This document shows, piece by piece, positions 24,520 through 37,313 of a DNA stretch of 64,000 nucleotides. Both the position numbers and the translations under genes were made by a program. Under the pieces are notes generated by a model that was not told where the DNA came from, ran no database searches, and saw only the letters and a list, made by a program, of their open reading frames with translations. The stretch covers positions 37,758,001 through 37,822,000 of the forward strand of contig CM060733.1 of NCBI GenBank assembly GCA_030704615.1. Direction: 5' to 3'. Within the stretch, counting starts at the first letter, position 1. Each line of letters begins with the position of its first letter. The DNA is from Takakia lepidozioides (lineage: Eukaryota > Plantae > Bryophyta).

Positions 24520-25736
24520 AATAGTAAGATATTATTTATAACTGCCCTTAGGACTCCTTAGGATTGCCCTAAGGAGTCGTAAGGAGGGGAAAATGGAAAT
24601 ATGTAAATTATTATTTATAATTGCCCTTAGGACTACTTAGGGCGGCCCTAAGGAATCCTAAGAGGGGGAAAATGAAAACATATATATTATTATTTATAAT
24701 TACCCTTACGACTTCTTAGGACAGTCCTATAGAGTCCTAAGAGGAAAAAAATGGAAAGACATAAATATTTGCCATTAAGACCCGTTTAAGCAACCTAAGG
24801 GGTTATAAGAGGGGGAGAATGGAAACACATAAATTATTATCTATAATTTCCTTTAGGACTCCTTAGGGCGGCCCTAAGGAGTCCTAAGAGGGGGAAGATG
24901 GAAATATATAAATTATAAGAAAATAAAAACATATACATTATTATTTATAATTATCCTTAGGACTTCTTAGGATAGTCCTAAGTCCTAAGGAGTCATAAGA
25001 GGGGAAAATGGAAATATACAAATTATTATTATAATTATCGTTATGACTCCTTAGGGCCGTCAGAGAGGGAAAAATGAAAACATATAAATTATTATTTATA
25101 ATTATCCTTAAGGTTCCTTAGGACAGTCCTAAGGAGTCCTAAGAGGAGAAAAATGGAAACACGTAAATAATTGCCCTTAAGACCCGTTTAGGCAGCCTAA
25201 GGGGTTATAAGAGGGGAAAAATAAAAATGTATAAATTATTATTTATAATTGCCCTTAGGACTCCTCAGGACGGCCCTAAGGAGTCATAGGAGGAGATGGG
25301 AAAATAAAAACGTATAAATTATTATTTATAATTACCTTTAGGGCTTCATGGGAAGTCCTAAGGAGTCCTAAGATGAGAAAAATGGAAAGACATAAATAAT
25401 TGCCCTTAAGACCCGTTTAGGCAACCTAAGAGGTTATAAGATGAGGAAAATAGAAACATATAAATTATTATCTATAATTGCCCTTAGGACTCCTTAGGGC
25501 CGCCCTAAGGAGTCCTAAGGAGAAAATTGAAAGATGTAAATTATTATTTATAATTGCCCTTTGGACTCCTTAGGACCGCCCAAAAGAGTCCTAAGAGGGG
25601 GGGGGGATAAAAACATATAAATTATTATTTATAATTACCCTTAGGACTTCTTAGAACAGTCCTAAGAGGAAAGAAAATGGAAAGACATAAATAATCGCCC
25701 TTACAGACCCGTTTCGGCAACCTAAAGGGTTAAAAG
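24520..25736. repeat. Palindromic satellite (~70-80-bp units, A/B/C higher-order structure), left part
   Basis: Core cttaggactccttagggc-g-gccctaaggagtcctaag alternating with aaattattatttataattg; variant unit gacccgtttaggcaacctaag recurs every 3-5 units. Confidence 0.95.
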
Positions 25737-26229
25737 TGTCAATTTTTCACAAAAAAAGGGTGGGTCATCCCCACTGTGTTACATGCAGAGATCCCGTGTT
25801 TTGTTTTTTCTTGGAAGAAAAATGGCGGATCTGCATTTCAATGTTCAATTTTCACAAGCCGCATCAACCAATAACAACATACCCAAATACCCTTACATTC
25901 ACTATATGAACTTTCCAACATCCAGGATCTTGGTGGGTTAAGGCTTAGCTTTTGACAATTCATGCAAGTTCGTCAATGGCTCCATCCAAAGCCACACCAC
26001 GAGAAACAAACAAACATGTCTAAATTTAAGATGCTGAACAAACTTGTGCACATGGCTGCCACTTTCGTCAAGCTCATTAAAATTCGTATTCACTTCCATC
26101 TTCAAGCTTTGGAGAAGCTCCACCACCCAAACCCAGAATTATGACAGCACTCTGATTTCCATCCACTGTCAGCAGAATCAGTCAAAAATCACCCCTTCAA
26201 TCAAGTGCAATTGTGGGCTGACTTCCCAC

Positions 26230-27869
26230 CTATGCCGGGTAGACCCCACTATCAGGAAACGGTGGATGGTTTGAGTAGCTACACAGATCAATGAATGAAG
26301 CGAGACATTTGCATCTTGCACTCAACAGTACATGATGGTCAGTACTCTCAGGAAATGGTGGATGGTCTGAGTAGCTACACAGATCAATGAATGAATGCTC
26401 CCACATTTCGCATACATGTCCACGAGGGCATTGTTCAGAATCACATCTAGTACAATTCCAGCTTTGGCGATGCAACCATGCACCTCTTTGCCCTTTTCCA
26501 GGGCTGCCAGGCTTGCACACGCACTGCAAACGCACACAAACGTGATGTGGTCGGGCTTCCCCCTTTCCCCATCATTGCTCATAGGTCTCCAAGGCCTCAT
26601 CCCGCACCCCTGTTGTGCATATCCTACAAGCATGGCGTTCCAGGACACCAAATCTCGTTCAGCCATATTGTTCCCAGCTCAGAATGTATAGTCAACAACA
26701 GTTCTCTGCAACTGTTGGCCAGGCTATCCATTTGACAGCAAAGTTCCTCCCACCCAGCACCGAAGGCAGTCATGGGATTTCCACAGACAAAGGTATGAAA
26801 TTCAGCCTAGAAGTTCCAGAGCTGGCATTCAACAAGAGAGTGGTGATAGCATGCAACATGCAGCGCTATACCTGAAAGCACTAACTGTTAATGATTTACA
26901 CATCCGTCATAATTCATGACTTCTCAAACTCTGAATTAGGGGAGAAACAGTCAAGAAAGGGAAAGTATGGCACCTGGTTGAGAACCATGTAAAGGAGGAA
27001 GGGCATACAAGGGCCAGCCCCGTACTTGCATGTGGCAGATATGCATTGGCATTTCATTGCACTCCATAAGACCACATCTCACTCAGCCATATTGTTGAAC
27101 ACTAGACAGGCCTCCCTTACACTCCCACATTTCGCATACATGTCTGCAACAAGGGCAGTCTCCATATTAATATATGACGGAATTCCAGCTTTGATAATGT
27201 CAGCATGGATCTCTGTGTCCTTCTCCAGGGCCACCATGCTGGCACAAGCATTGAGAACACAAATGAATATATGACCCTGTCGGGCATCACACCTTCCTGT
27301 TGGATTCTATCATAGATTTTAATGGCCTCTGTGCCACAACCCTGCTGGGCATATCCTGCTATCATGATGCTCCAGGAAACCACATCCCGCCATTTTGTCA
27401 AATACTTTCAGTGCATCCTTCATGCTCCCACATTTGGCATACCTTTCGACAAAGGTAGTCTCCAGAAAGATATCAGTCCAAAAATCCAGCTTTGATGATG
27501 TGAGCATGGGCCTCTTTGCCCTTCTCCAGGGCCCCTAGCCTACAACACGCATTGAGCACACACGTAAACGTGACCCTGTCGGGCATCACCCCTGGTCCAC
27601 GAGGGCATTGTTCAAAATGACATTGGGTACAATTCCAGCTCTGACGATGTTGCCATGGACCTCTTTGCCCTTTTCCAGACACACACAAACATGATGTGGT
27701 TGGGCTTCACCCCTTCCCCCATCATTTGCTCATAGGTCTCCAAAGCTTCCACCCTGCGTCCCTGCTGTGCATACCCTGCAATCATCGCATTCCACGACAC
27801 CACATTTTGTTCAGCCATATTGTTGAAGACTGCCTTTGCATCCTTAATGCACCCACATGTGGCATATGT
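26230..27869 (-). pseudogene. Fragmented PLS-class pentatricopeptide repeat (PPR) gene pieces
   Basis: DLVSWNAMLVGYAQQG, PDHITFVCVCSACASLAALEKGKEVH, NNALVDMYAKCGS, NVVSWNAMIAGYAQQG, PDRVTFTCVLNAC; frameshifts, deletions and a local duplication. Confidence 0.92.
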
Positions 27870-28392
27870 CCATGATTTACCATTAATTACCAAGTTATCA
27901 AGAGTTTACCAATTTATCAAGAGTAACTTGAGAAACTGCTCAGGAAGATTCATTTGGATGAAACTTCTCCATCAAGATACCTCATTTGTTTAAAGAAATT
28001 TCTTCATCAAGAAACTTTTGTTTAATTTTGGAAACTTCTCCATCAAGAAACCTCTATAGGAGAAGCTTCTTAGGGAACTTCTTAGTAGCCAGTATATATA
28101 GGAGGCAAGACTGGACACTCTTCAGTCTCGCCAACACCAGTTCAAACTACTCTTGTTTGCAGTTCCCAGTACTCTAGCCCAGTTTCCAGTATCTGGTACT
28201 CTAGTCTAGTTTCCAGCATTCCAATATTCAAGTCGTGTTCCAATATCTTGTGCTCTTGTACTTTGTTATAAAGATCGTCTTGATTCTTATTTACTCATCA
28301 TGCATTCGGCCACGCCAACCTTGACTTCTTGTCTAGTCTTGTACCTCTAGTTGATCTCTTGTTTGTGTTCAGTCATGTTCTCGTCCTTGACA
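27870..28392 (+). repeat. 5' LTR, main portion (its first ~90 bp replaced by the PPR-containing insert)
   Basis: Aligns with 45604-46076; TATATATA at 28093; ends tcgtccttgaca. Confidence 0.92.
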
Positions 28393-28394
28393 GT

Positions 28395-28405
28395 TTGGCG
28401 AGACT
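28395..28405 (+). promoter_or_regulatory. Self-priming primer-binding site
   Basis: TTGGCGAGACT just 3' of the LTR is the perfect reverse complement of AGTCTCGCCAA at 28124-28134, ~30 nt after the start of the LTR TATA box. Confidence 0.85.
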
Positions 28406-28430
28406 AAAGTTTGTTCCTTAGTTAGTTAAG

Positions 28431-30037
28431 ATGGAAGACACATTTGCGGAAATGGTCGCCACATTGCAGAGTTTTCAGCTCCAAATGCAAGAACTTCGTG
28501 CCTCTACTGCCCAACTACAAGCTAATCAGTCTCAAGATCTTGGCAACACTCTCAACAATTTGCAACAACAAATTTCAGAGTTGAAGGAGTCGAACAATGG
28601 ATCTTTAACCTTACGAGTTCCTACTACAACAAATCTTATTCCAACGGTTCCTCTAAATCTTCAACAGATTACAAGGGAACCAAAGGTCAGCATGCCTGAG
28701 AAATTTGATGGGACGAGATCAAGATTTCGCGATTTTGTTCAACAAGAACGATTGTTCCTACGACTACATCCACAACGCTACCCTGATGAAGGTATTCAAG
28801 TGAGATTCGTGGGCACCCTTCTATCAGGCACTGCCCTATCTTGGTTTGTACCGCTATTAGAGAAAAATTTGCATTTACTATACAAATTTGAAGCGTTCAT
28901 GTCCGAGTTCACTGCAACGTTTGGAGAGAATGATAGAGAGAGAGTTACAGAGACAAAGATGCGAAATCTTTGACAATGAGCACGTCCAGCTTCCGTTTAT
29001 GCTGCCAAATTTCGACAACTTGCGTGCGATCTCGACTGGAATGAGAAGAGTCCCATTAGTCAGTTTCGATGTGGCCTAAAAGAGGATGTAAAAGATTTGT
29101 TGCTGACAATGTCAAACGTGAGTACACTGAGTGAATTCATCACCCAAGTCATTGCATGCGATAATCGTTTGTTCGAAAGACGTCAAGAGAAGCGATCTGG
29201 ATGGTCGACGTCGCATCATGTCGCTGCTACTATGGCACCAACACAACGATCCATCAGACATCCGGTAATAATCCTATGCAGATTGATGTTGTCCGATTCA
29301 AGCCGTTGACGCCACAAGAAAAACAAAAGACGGCGCTCAAATGGATTATGTCTTTATTGCGGAGAAGATGATCACATAGCATTAAACTGCCCCAACAATG
29401 GAAGATCCAAAGCTCGGGGTATAACTCAAGTGTTCGATACGAGGAGGTCGGAAAACGAAGATGTCCAGTCATAGTAGGGACCATGCTGCTGAACACCCCA
29501 AATTCCTCACAAAAAACAGGTCTCTTTTTACCTCCAGACCCTGTACTTTGTTTCACAGTTCCAGTAAAGATCATGATGCAAAATCGAGATATCTCCGTAG
29601 AAGCATTTTTGGACTCAGGCGCTTCAGCGTGTTTTATTGACAAAAACTTTGCGAAACAACACAATTTAACGCACGCAAAGAAGAAATTCTCGGCCCCTGT
29701 TGAAGTCATCAATGGACGACCGTTAGCATTAGGAAATATTGACCATGAAACTTGACCCTTTGAAGTGAAGCTTAAAAATCAAGCATTACATATTTGTTTT
29801 CAATGTCATCCAGTCAGAAAAATGCAGACATGTTGCCGGAACATCGACCTTATGATTGTGCAATTGAGGGACATACAAACCTCGCGACCATCAAGGAAGT
29901 TGGATTATCAACGCCTGAGACCATTCAAAATTATTCGACAAATAAATCAGGTCAGTTTTCGGCTTGAACTCCCATGAAGTATGCGTATCCATCCAGTCTT
30001 TCATGTTTCATTATTGGAGTTGTATCATCCATCGAAT
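28431..30037 (+). pseudogene. Retrotransposon gag (PEG10/Ty3-like capsid plus CCHC knuckle), aspartic protease and integrase C-terminus; RT, RNaseH and integrase core deleted
   Basis: MPEKFDGTRSRFRDFV...LLSGTALSWF; CLYCGEDDHIALNCP (~29350-29392); AFLDSGASACFID; KLDYQRLRPFKII...RIHPVFHVSLLELYHP. Confidence 0.92.
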
Positions 30038-30787
30038 TGCATGTCCGCGACCACTCCGGGAACCACTTGGTAGTAAACGGGACTACTGGAGAGTCGAAAC
30101 AGACAATGTGGGCCCACGGGGGCATTTCAGACGGCGGACAGAAGTGGGGTCAACGACTCCGGAGTCGTAGCAGAATTCCGGGCTATTTTACGAATTGCGT
30201 AAATACATAAAATTTGAAAAAACCAAAATTACAAGTGGTTGTAATTACTGCACATGCGACTACAAATTTTCTTTCCTAATTCGATTAATGGAATAAAGAT
30301 ATTTATTCATTAAAGTGAATATGTAGTCGACTCAACGACTCCATGAACCACTGCGCATTCATTGCACCCATGACTCGGCAGCACATTTGCTGACGTGGCT
30401 TTCACAAAAAGAGGTAAACAAAATGTGGCCTTGGGGGAATAGATATTTTAATACGTGCTGCCTCCACCTGGCAGAGACAAGGATGCAAGTGTTGCGTCGG
30501 ACGTGGCGGGACGTGGGAATGGAAATCCTGACACGGCAAGGCCTTCGTATACTGTGAGCGCGCGTAGTGGCTTCTCAGAACGGTGTGACATCGGGGTCTT
30601 GGTCATTCATCATTTACAGAATGTGCTGGATGGAGGCACGATGGAGCGCGCATACGGGCATGCCCTTCTGGCATCAATTCCCAAGTATCCACGCAAGGTG
30701 AGGCTGCTGAATTGGGTTTTTGCCCGTCTAGTTTTCTGACAGCATGCTCGAAACGTTCATAGTGCCATTGAGTGGCATCGCAATAAT

Positions 30788-31490
30788 TTGATGTGTAGCT
30801 GCTTTTCGATTTCACAAGTTACGCAGAAGGCGTCACAGAAGAAGATCGCAAAGACGTCAAGGCTGAAGAATATGCCCTTTGGTTGTGAACTACAATCATA
30901 TCATGCCAAACCCCATTTTGCCCACGCAGATGAGGGAGACATTCTGCATTTGCGAGTGGGACTTAATTCCTCTAAACCCAGCTTGAAGGCAGTTGTGACA
31001 CCAGAGAAACTGGAAACTACCTCCAAGAAAGTTGAAACTCGCAAGATAGTCATGTATTCGTCTCATTATCTCCAACTGGGATTCCGAGTTATCATCCGAC
31101 CCTTTACATGTGCGCTGGAATGGAGTATAATTCTGGTTTAGGCAGTTATTGCCACCAGACGTTCGCTTCTCCAATTTTTACATTTAAGGATGTGTCTGTG
31201 TTTATGGCACTTTTTCTCCCAAGGTGGCCTGAGTACCCCCCTGTACTTGCAAGAATTTGATGTGTAGCTGCTTTTCCCTTTCATAAATTATGAAGAAGCA
31301 GTCACAGAAGAAGATCGCAAAGAGGTCAAGGCTGAAAGCGTTCATTAAGGTTGTGAACTACAATCATATCATGCCAAACCAGCGGCGGCAGATGGTGTCA
31401 TGAGACATTCTGCAATTTGCGCATAGGTGGACTTAATTTTGATGTTGACTTGAAGGCAGTTATGACACCAGTGAAACTGGAAACTACAGG
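30788..31490. repeat. Diverged direct duplication (~240 bp x2) inside the CACTA element
   Basis: tgatgtgtagctgctttt...gtcacagaagaagatcgcaaaga...gttgtgaactacaatcatatcatgccaaacc...gaaactggaaactac at ~30789 and ~31258. Confidence 0.9.
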
Positions 31491-32306
31491 TTAGATGATG
31501 GCGTGCTGCATCGCGACAGAAACCTGCATTTGACATTCAGGCTTAGGATTCATGCAATTTGGTGCTAGTCAGGCCTGCACAAGTGGGAGACCATCCGAGG
31601 GATGGGGACCTCGTAAGTGCTTCTTCATTTTGTACTCACCTTGTTTTTGCATCGCACTTGGCCTACAAGGGGCAGAACCATTCATTTGGCTGGAGGTTCA
31701 ATTCCTCTACAAGTGAGCTATTCCCGTGTCACTACAATCAGTTAGATGTGTTTGTGGTGGTTGCTGGATTTGCGGCTCTGGGGTGTCTTGCCAAGTGCTT
31801 GCAGGGATCAACGTTAATGTGGACGTGGCAGTACATGTAGCCAAAAAGCTCATTCGCTGGTGAAGAAGACCATGTTGCAACATATGTCATGCTATTGCTT
31901 CGAGAGTGCTGCTGTTGGGCAGGTGGGAGAATGCAACAACGGTGAGAAGGAAAGCAAGGGAAGCAGAAAAAGGTGTCGTTCGGTCCTGCTCCTTTGGAGA
32001 CACCCCCCATTCCACTGGTCTTTGTTCCTGGAAAGCATGCAGCTGGGCCAGAAAATGCATGCACACATTCACGTCTACTTCCCGTACATGAAGATGATCC
32101 TCTCCTCACATGTCAGAAACAATATTGGCAGAACAAAAAAAGGTTTGTTCACAAGACAGTACGGACCACATACCGGGACATTATCGATACTATTAACTGT
32201 CTCGCCCTTGCGCGCTTGTAGGACTGTACAAAATGGGTTCTAAGGAAAGTAAGAGTCCTTAGCATAGCTCTCGTCTATGAGCTGCTGGCTTAATGGACAC
32301 TGAGAT

Positions 32307-35300
32307 TCAGCTGGGCTCGCTATCTATATCCAAATAATCTTCCCCTTCACTACCCACATCTGCAATTTGCCTTGCGGTAATTACCAACCCTGGAATGTCT
32401 TCCTCATTAAAGGTAACTGCTCCTTCCAAATAGACTGGTTCGGCCGTATCTGGTAGATTTCGTGGTTCCCTCAGACCCTCGTGGTCGGCATTCTCCCCTA
32501 GGTCCAGATCATGGACGTCGGCCACGACTCGTTTGGCCTGGGGGTCCTTGTGAAGAACCACCTTCCATCCCGGCGCATGGGTGTCATCTGAAAAGAAAAC
32601 TTGCTCAACTTGCAATGGGAAGATGAATGGCTCTTCATCTTGTGGTAGCATTTTTCTGAAATCAGCAAGGAGGAACCCGTACTCATCCCGTTTCATGGTG
32701 GCATTCTCTCCTACCATATTGGCTTTCACCCAAGAACAACGGAATAGAATTGGCTTCACAAGACCATAGTCTAGTTTAAGGATCTCTTTGATCACTCCTA
32801 CATATTGCACATGGCATGAAATTGGATTCTGATCTCGTGCACAACTCCTACTCTCTTGTTCAAAAAATGATGCCACTCCGCTGTCATAAGTCACCAGGAG
32901 TCTGGTGTTGGCATCGTCCACTCTATAGTGATTGCCATATGCTTTCATTGACCGGTACGAAGTGGCAATCAGCCCTGGGGGGAATGACAGACTCACCATG
33001 CCCTCATCTGGGTCCTCGTTCTCTAATGCGTACACTGCAATTGCAGATCTGACCCACACTGTAAAGGGCTGTAGCTCCTCCATTGTTGTGGGGTACTCCA
33101 CCGGGGATCTGCGCCTACGACTGCCCCTCCGCCATGCTTTTGCAAATGCACTCCGTTCCGTTTTCAGGCGGACCTTCTCCGCTGCGTACTTTCTGGCAGA
33201 AACCAAATAGAAGCTGCAACTCAGTCCCCCTGACCAACATCGTGCTGTACATGCATGCCACATGTAGAGTGTGTGTCCTTTCAAGCACACTGTAGTGATG
33301 CAGCCTACTTCATAATCACTTGCAAGCAACAACCAAGATCTACGAAACACCCTTTGTAATCATCTGAAGCACCCTGTTAGTACACGATCCCACTCCCATA
33401 GTGGCCGGAATGACTTGTGACAATATATATGTAATTCCAGCATACAAAGACCATTAAGAATAGCACAGGAGGGATGTAAGTTGGCACCCACTGTCTCCAT
33501 GGTGTCATGGTTGTTGTGTTGTTCAGCACATAATCATGTGCCACATCCCGAAGGCGCGGGCTCATGGCACGCTTTGTTCCACCACCTTCTAGGACCTCGC
33601 CTACAACTCCTTCTTCCTCGTTCTCGTCCCACACCCGTCGTTGTATTGCATCAAATGAAGACATATACTAGTAATGAAGCCCAGGGCTTCGTCGCGGATG
33701 TAGGCCCTCCGCCATACTCCCCTTGGCCGTGCCATGTTGCGTACATACCCTTCAGATCCTTCATGTACCTCTCCATGGGGTACATCCACCGGCTGGTACG
33801 GGCCCCCACACCACATGCAACTCCTCTACAAGATGCACTAGCAAGTGCCACACACATGCAACTCCTCTACAAGATGCACTAGCAAGTGCGTCATGACGTC
33901 AAAGAATGATGGAGGGAATTCTTTCTCCAGCAAACATAGGGTCATAGCCACATCCTCATGCAACGATGTAATGTCCCTCGGATCCCACACCTTCGCACAA
34001 ATCTTCCTAAACACTCGACTTACACGCATTATGGCTGTTCGAGGACCTGGCGCCATCGTACCCCCGAATGGCAACTGGCAAAATCTGTTGCATCATCACG
34101 TGTAGATCATGTTGACTTCATCCCGACCATTTCTTGTTCATAGATGTTGACGTTTTATCCCTTCAATCTCCATGTCCTTTCGTACGTTTATCGTATCCTT
34201 CTCCCCAAAGATAGTCTTCAGAATGTTCTCGCAGAAGTTCTTCTCACAATGCATGGGGTCCAGGAGGTACCGCTGCAAGAGGTTCTGAAATGCCAAATGT
34301 CCTCCCATGAGACCAAGTTCTATGGGCAAAAAAAGTAGAATATGTGGCAGAAGTTGTCCATGTTACTACATTCTGCTTTCAACAACTCCACGATCCTCTC
34401 CACAGTGAGGTGTACGACTTCAACATCTACTGCATAGTAGTTACACTGACTTAGGAGTTGGTGGAAGGACTCCTGACAGTAAAGGTAATTCCAGGAAGCA
34501 CAATGTGAAAGAAAGTGAGTGAATGGGGGGGGGGATTCATGCACCTTCCAGTATGGCAAATCCCAAAGGATTGTCCGGCGCTTCACCCCGTGCTCCATGG
34601 CTGGATCCGCACTACTTCCGTCTCTCCCTCCAATCTCCATGAACGCCTCTTTCTCCTTTGCAAATTGCAATGTCTCCTCCGGTGTCACAACATTTGGTGC
34701 CATTCTCTTTTCAACACATCCATTGAAGTGCCTTCCTGCTCGTCGGTAGGGGTGGTTTCTTGCAAGGTAACGTCGATGCCCCATGTATATTGTCTTCCTA
34801 GTGGCTTTGAGTGCCGTGAATCCACATAGGGCCCACAAATGGGGCACCCTTTGTAGCCCTTCGTCTTGCAACCCGCAACAAGGCCATATGCGGGGAAATC
34901 GTGGTTTGACCACATGAGTATGGCACGGAGGGTGAAACTCCGTTGCCCTACTGGTTTCAAAATGTCGTAAGCTTCAACTCCAATCCATAGTTCCTGTAGC
35001 TCTTCAATCAATGGTTGCAAATACACATCTATGTTTGCATTTGTCACGGACTCCTTGCCTGGAATCAAGAGAGACAACATGACAAAGAATTTCTTTGTTG
35101 TCAACCATGGTGGCAGGTTGTATGCCACCAACTGCACGGGCCATGTGGACCATGTGCAACTCTTTGATCCGTATGGTTTACTCCATCCGTAGATACAGCC
35201 AATCGCACATTGCGTGGGTCCTCGGCAAAATCGGGCCAAGTTGCATCTATATGCTTCCATGCAAGGGAATCTGGGACATGCCTTACCAAACCATCGTTTG

Positions 35301-36272
35301 AGGCATTCCTGGAATGCCAAGTCATGAGCTCACTAATGGTCTTGCATTTGTACATTCGTAATAGACGGGGGATAAGGGGAAAGTGCCTCAACACCTTGGC
35401 TGGCTGTTGTAACCTGCCCACATCATGGTATCGGGCTGCACCGCATTTGGGGCACTCCATAGCATCCTTGTACTCTCTTCTGAAAAGTACATGTCCTTTT
35501 GGACATGCATGTATTTTCACGTAGTTGAGGCCGAGCTTCCCAATCATTTGGTTGGCCATGTGACAGCTTTTTGGCATTTCATTTGGTTGTGGAAGCAAGT
35601 TCAGCCGAAGCAAAGAGAACAACTCGTCCACAAAATGGTCTGAGACACCGTGGGTTGTGCACAGGTTCATCAACAGCATGGTGGCAGCAAGCTTTGTGGA
35701 TTTGCATCCCTCGTACAGTGGCACACATGCTTCTTCTAGTGTCATGTGTGCAGAATTCAATTCTCCATCTCCACCTCCTTCCACGCCTTCCCCCACGTGA
35801 ATGCCTTCATTTCCTGCGTCATCACCATCCCCAGTTGTCGCAGCGCCGTCCCCCTCTTCAGCATCGTCCATGATGTGGAATGCTTCCTGCAACATTCGAG
35901 TAATCTCCACCCCTCCGTCCATGCCTGGTTCATGTCCTGCGCCCATGACATAGTCCTCGTCTGGCCTGTCTGTATGGCTCCCTCGGGGGTGTGCATTGTC
36001 CAATTGTGCCCACTCCTCATCGTCTTCGTCTGCAGGTCCATCTCCAATCCACACCCGAAATGCTTCATGTCTTTTGTGGTGAAGGAGATGTGTGCGCACA
36101 CCGTCCTCAGATCTACTTGTAGTGCCCAACAACGTTCACATGGGCATGGCATCCTTGAAAGCCCAAGGGCTCGGGCACGTGCCACTTCTCTTTCCCACAA
36201 CCTGTCATCTCGGGTGTTCTGTCTACAGGGGTGATTAATTGGAAGTCCTCCGCATGGGCGAGGGGAACTCAT
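32307..36272 (-). pseudogene. CACTA TnpD/Tnp2-type transposase (transposase-associated domain, Transposase_21, DUF4218-like, DUF4216-like), intron-containing and frameshifted
   Basis: MPCPCERC..; KIHACPKGHVLFR...CPKCGAARY; RHVPDSLAWKHIDATWPDFAEDPRNVRLAVSTDG; YNLPPWL..K; DVYLQPLIEELQELW; DFPAYG; DPMHCEKN; FPPSFFDVMTHLLVHL; RWMYPMERY; EPFIFPLQVEQVFF; a ~38-bp duplication near 33812-33889 disrupts the frame. Confidence 0.95.
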
Positions 36273-36980
36273 TTTTGTTGGGGAGCCTCTTCAATGCTGT
36301 TTGTGCACGCCGTTGCAGGGGGCCGGATTCTCCTTTGCAGAGATTCCTCAATTTGGCTCTGCCACTCCCATTTCACTACCGTCAATTCCCTCCTCCTGCA
36401 ATCTCAATTTGAAAGGTTCAGCCGCACATCCTTTGGCAGAGAAGACAGTTGACATTTTATAACCGGTAGATTCCACAACATGATGAAAAGTTACACTCAA
36501 CAACAAACCATTTAAAAGCCATCAGATGCTTCCATCATAACTAGAATCTTTTCAACAAGACACTGAGAGAAATGACCAAAATCGACTCAAACAACGACAT
36601 CCTGGAAAACGACCTGTCTCTACAGTTCGTGTGTGTGTGAGGAATCGGAGGACGTACGGGAATTTCATTTTCACGATTGACGACGTTGTGATCTTGGGCA
36701 TATGGTTGAATGTGTATGAAATGTGTGCATTGAAGTGTGAACAACCTGACTACAAGGCCAGAACCTGCGCCACTTGTCTTAGGCCATCTCCAAATCACGT
36801 TTCGGCGGACAATTCCGTTCCGTTGCCGTGAAATTGCACCGTGGCGGGAAGAGTCCAATTTGTGTGGGTCTATCACCATGGCAAGAAGGGGAGCATGTTA
36901 AAAATGGAGCATCGCCCTTTCACTCATTTGCTGTTTGCAGCTTCTTCCACCATCTTTCTTACTTAATTCTGATTCTTGCA

Positions 36981-37313
36981 ATGCTGCCCTTGAGACGGCA
37001 ACTGCAAGTGACCGGATCCTTTGATCGTCGCATTCAAAGACACTTACGTGTAGCAGATCGCAGACCCCCAAATGCCTGGAGAGAAAGCCAGAGGGCAGTC
37101 AATGCATGCGTGGTTGTTTTGCACTGGTTGGGACGGAGTGGGGTGCAGAGGAGGCGTGTTGTGCCCGAGTTCGCATGCCTAGCATCCTACAGCCGGCGGC
37201 TTTTGCACGTTGGGCAGCAGTACCCTCTGCTGTATGATTACCATTTGTGGTACAGACTCACCGGCCTCCCCTGTCCACTTGGGTCTTGGGACAACGACTT
37301 ATGGAGTATGTAG
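36981..37313 (+). other. Uncharacterised ~110-aa ORF between the two CACTA genes (possible cargo)
   Basis: ATG-initiated MLPLRRQLQV...WYRLTGLPCPLGSWDNDLWSM; no recognisable motif. Confidence 0.3.

Noticed and set aside
24520-25736. CRISPR-like appearance (palindromic repeats with spacers)
   Set aside because: The linkers are themselves repeated, not unique; eukaryotic context; no cas genes
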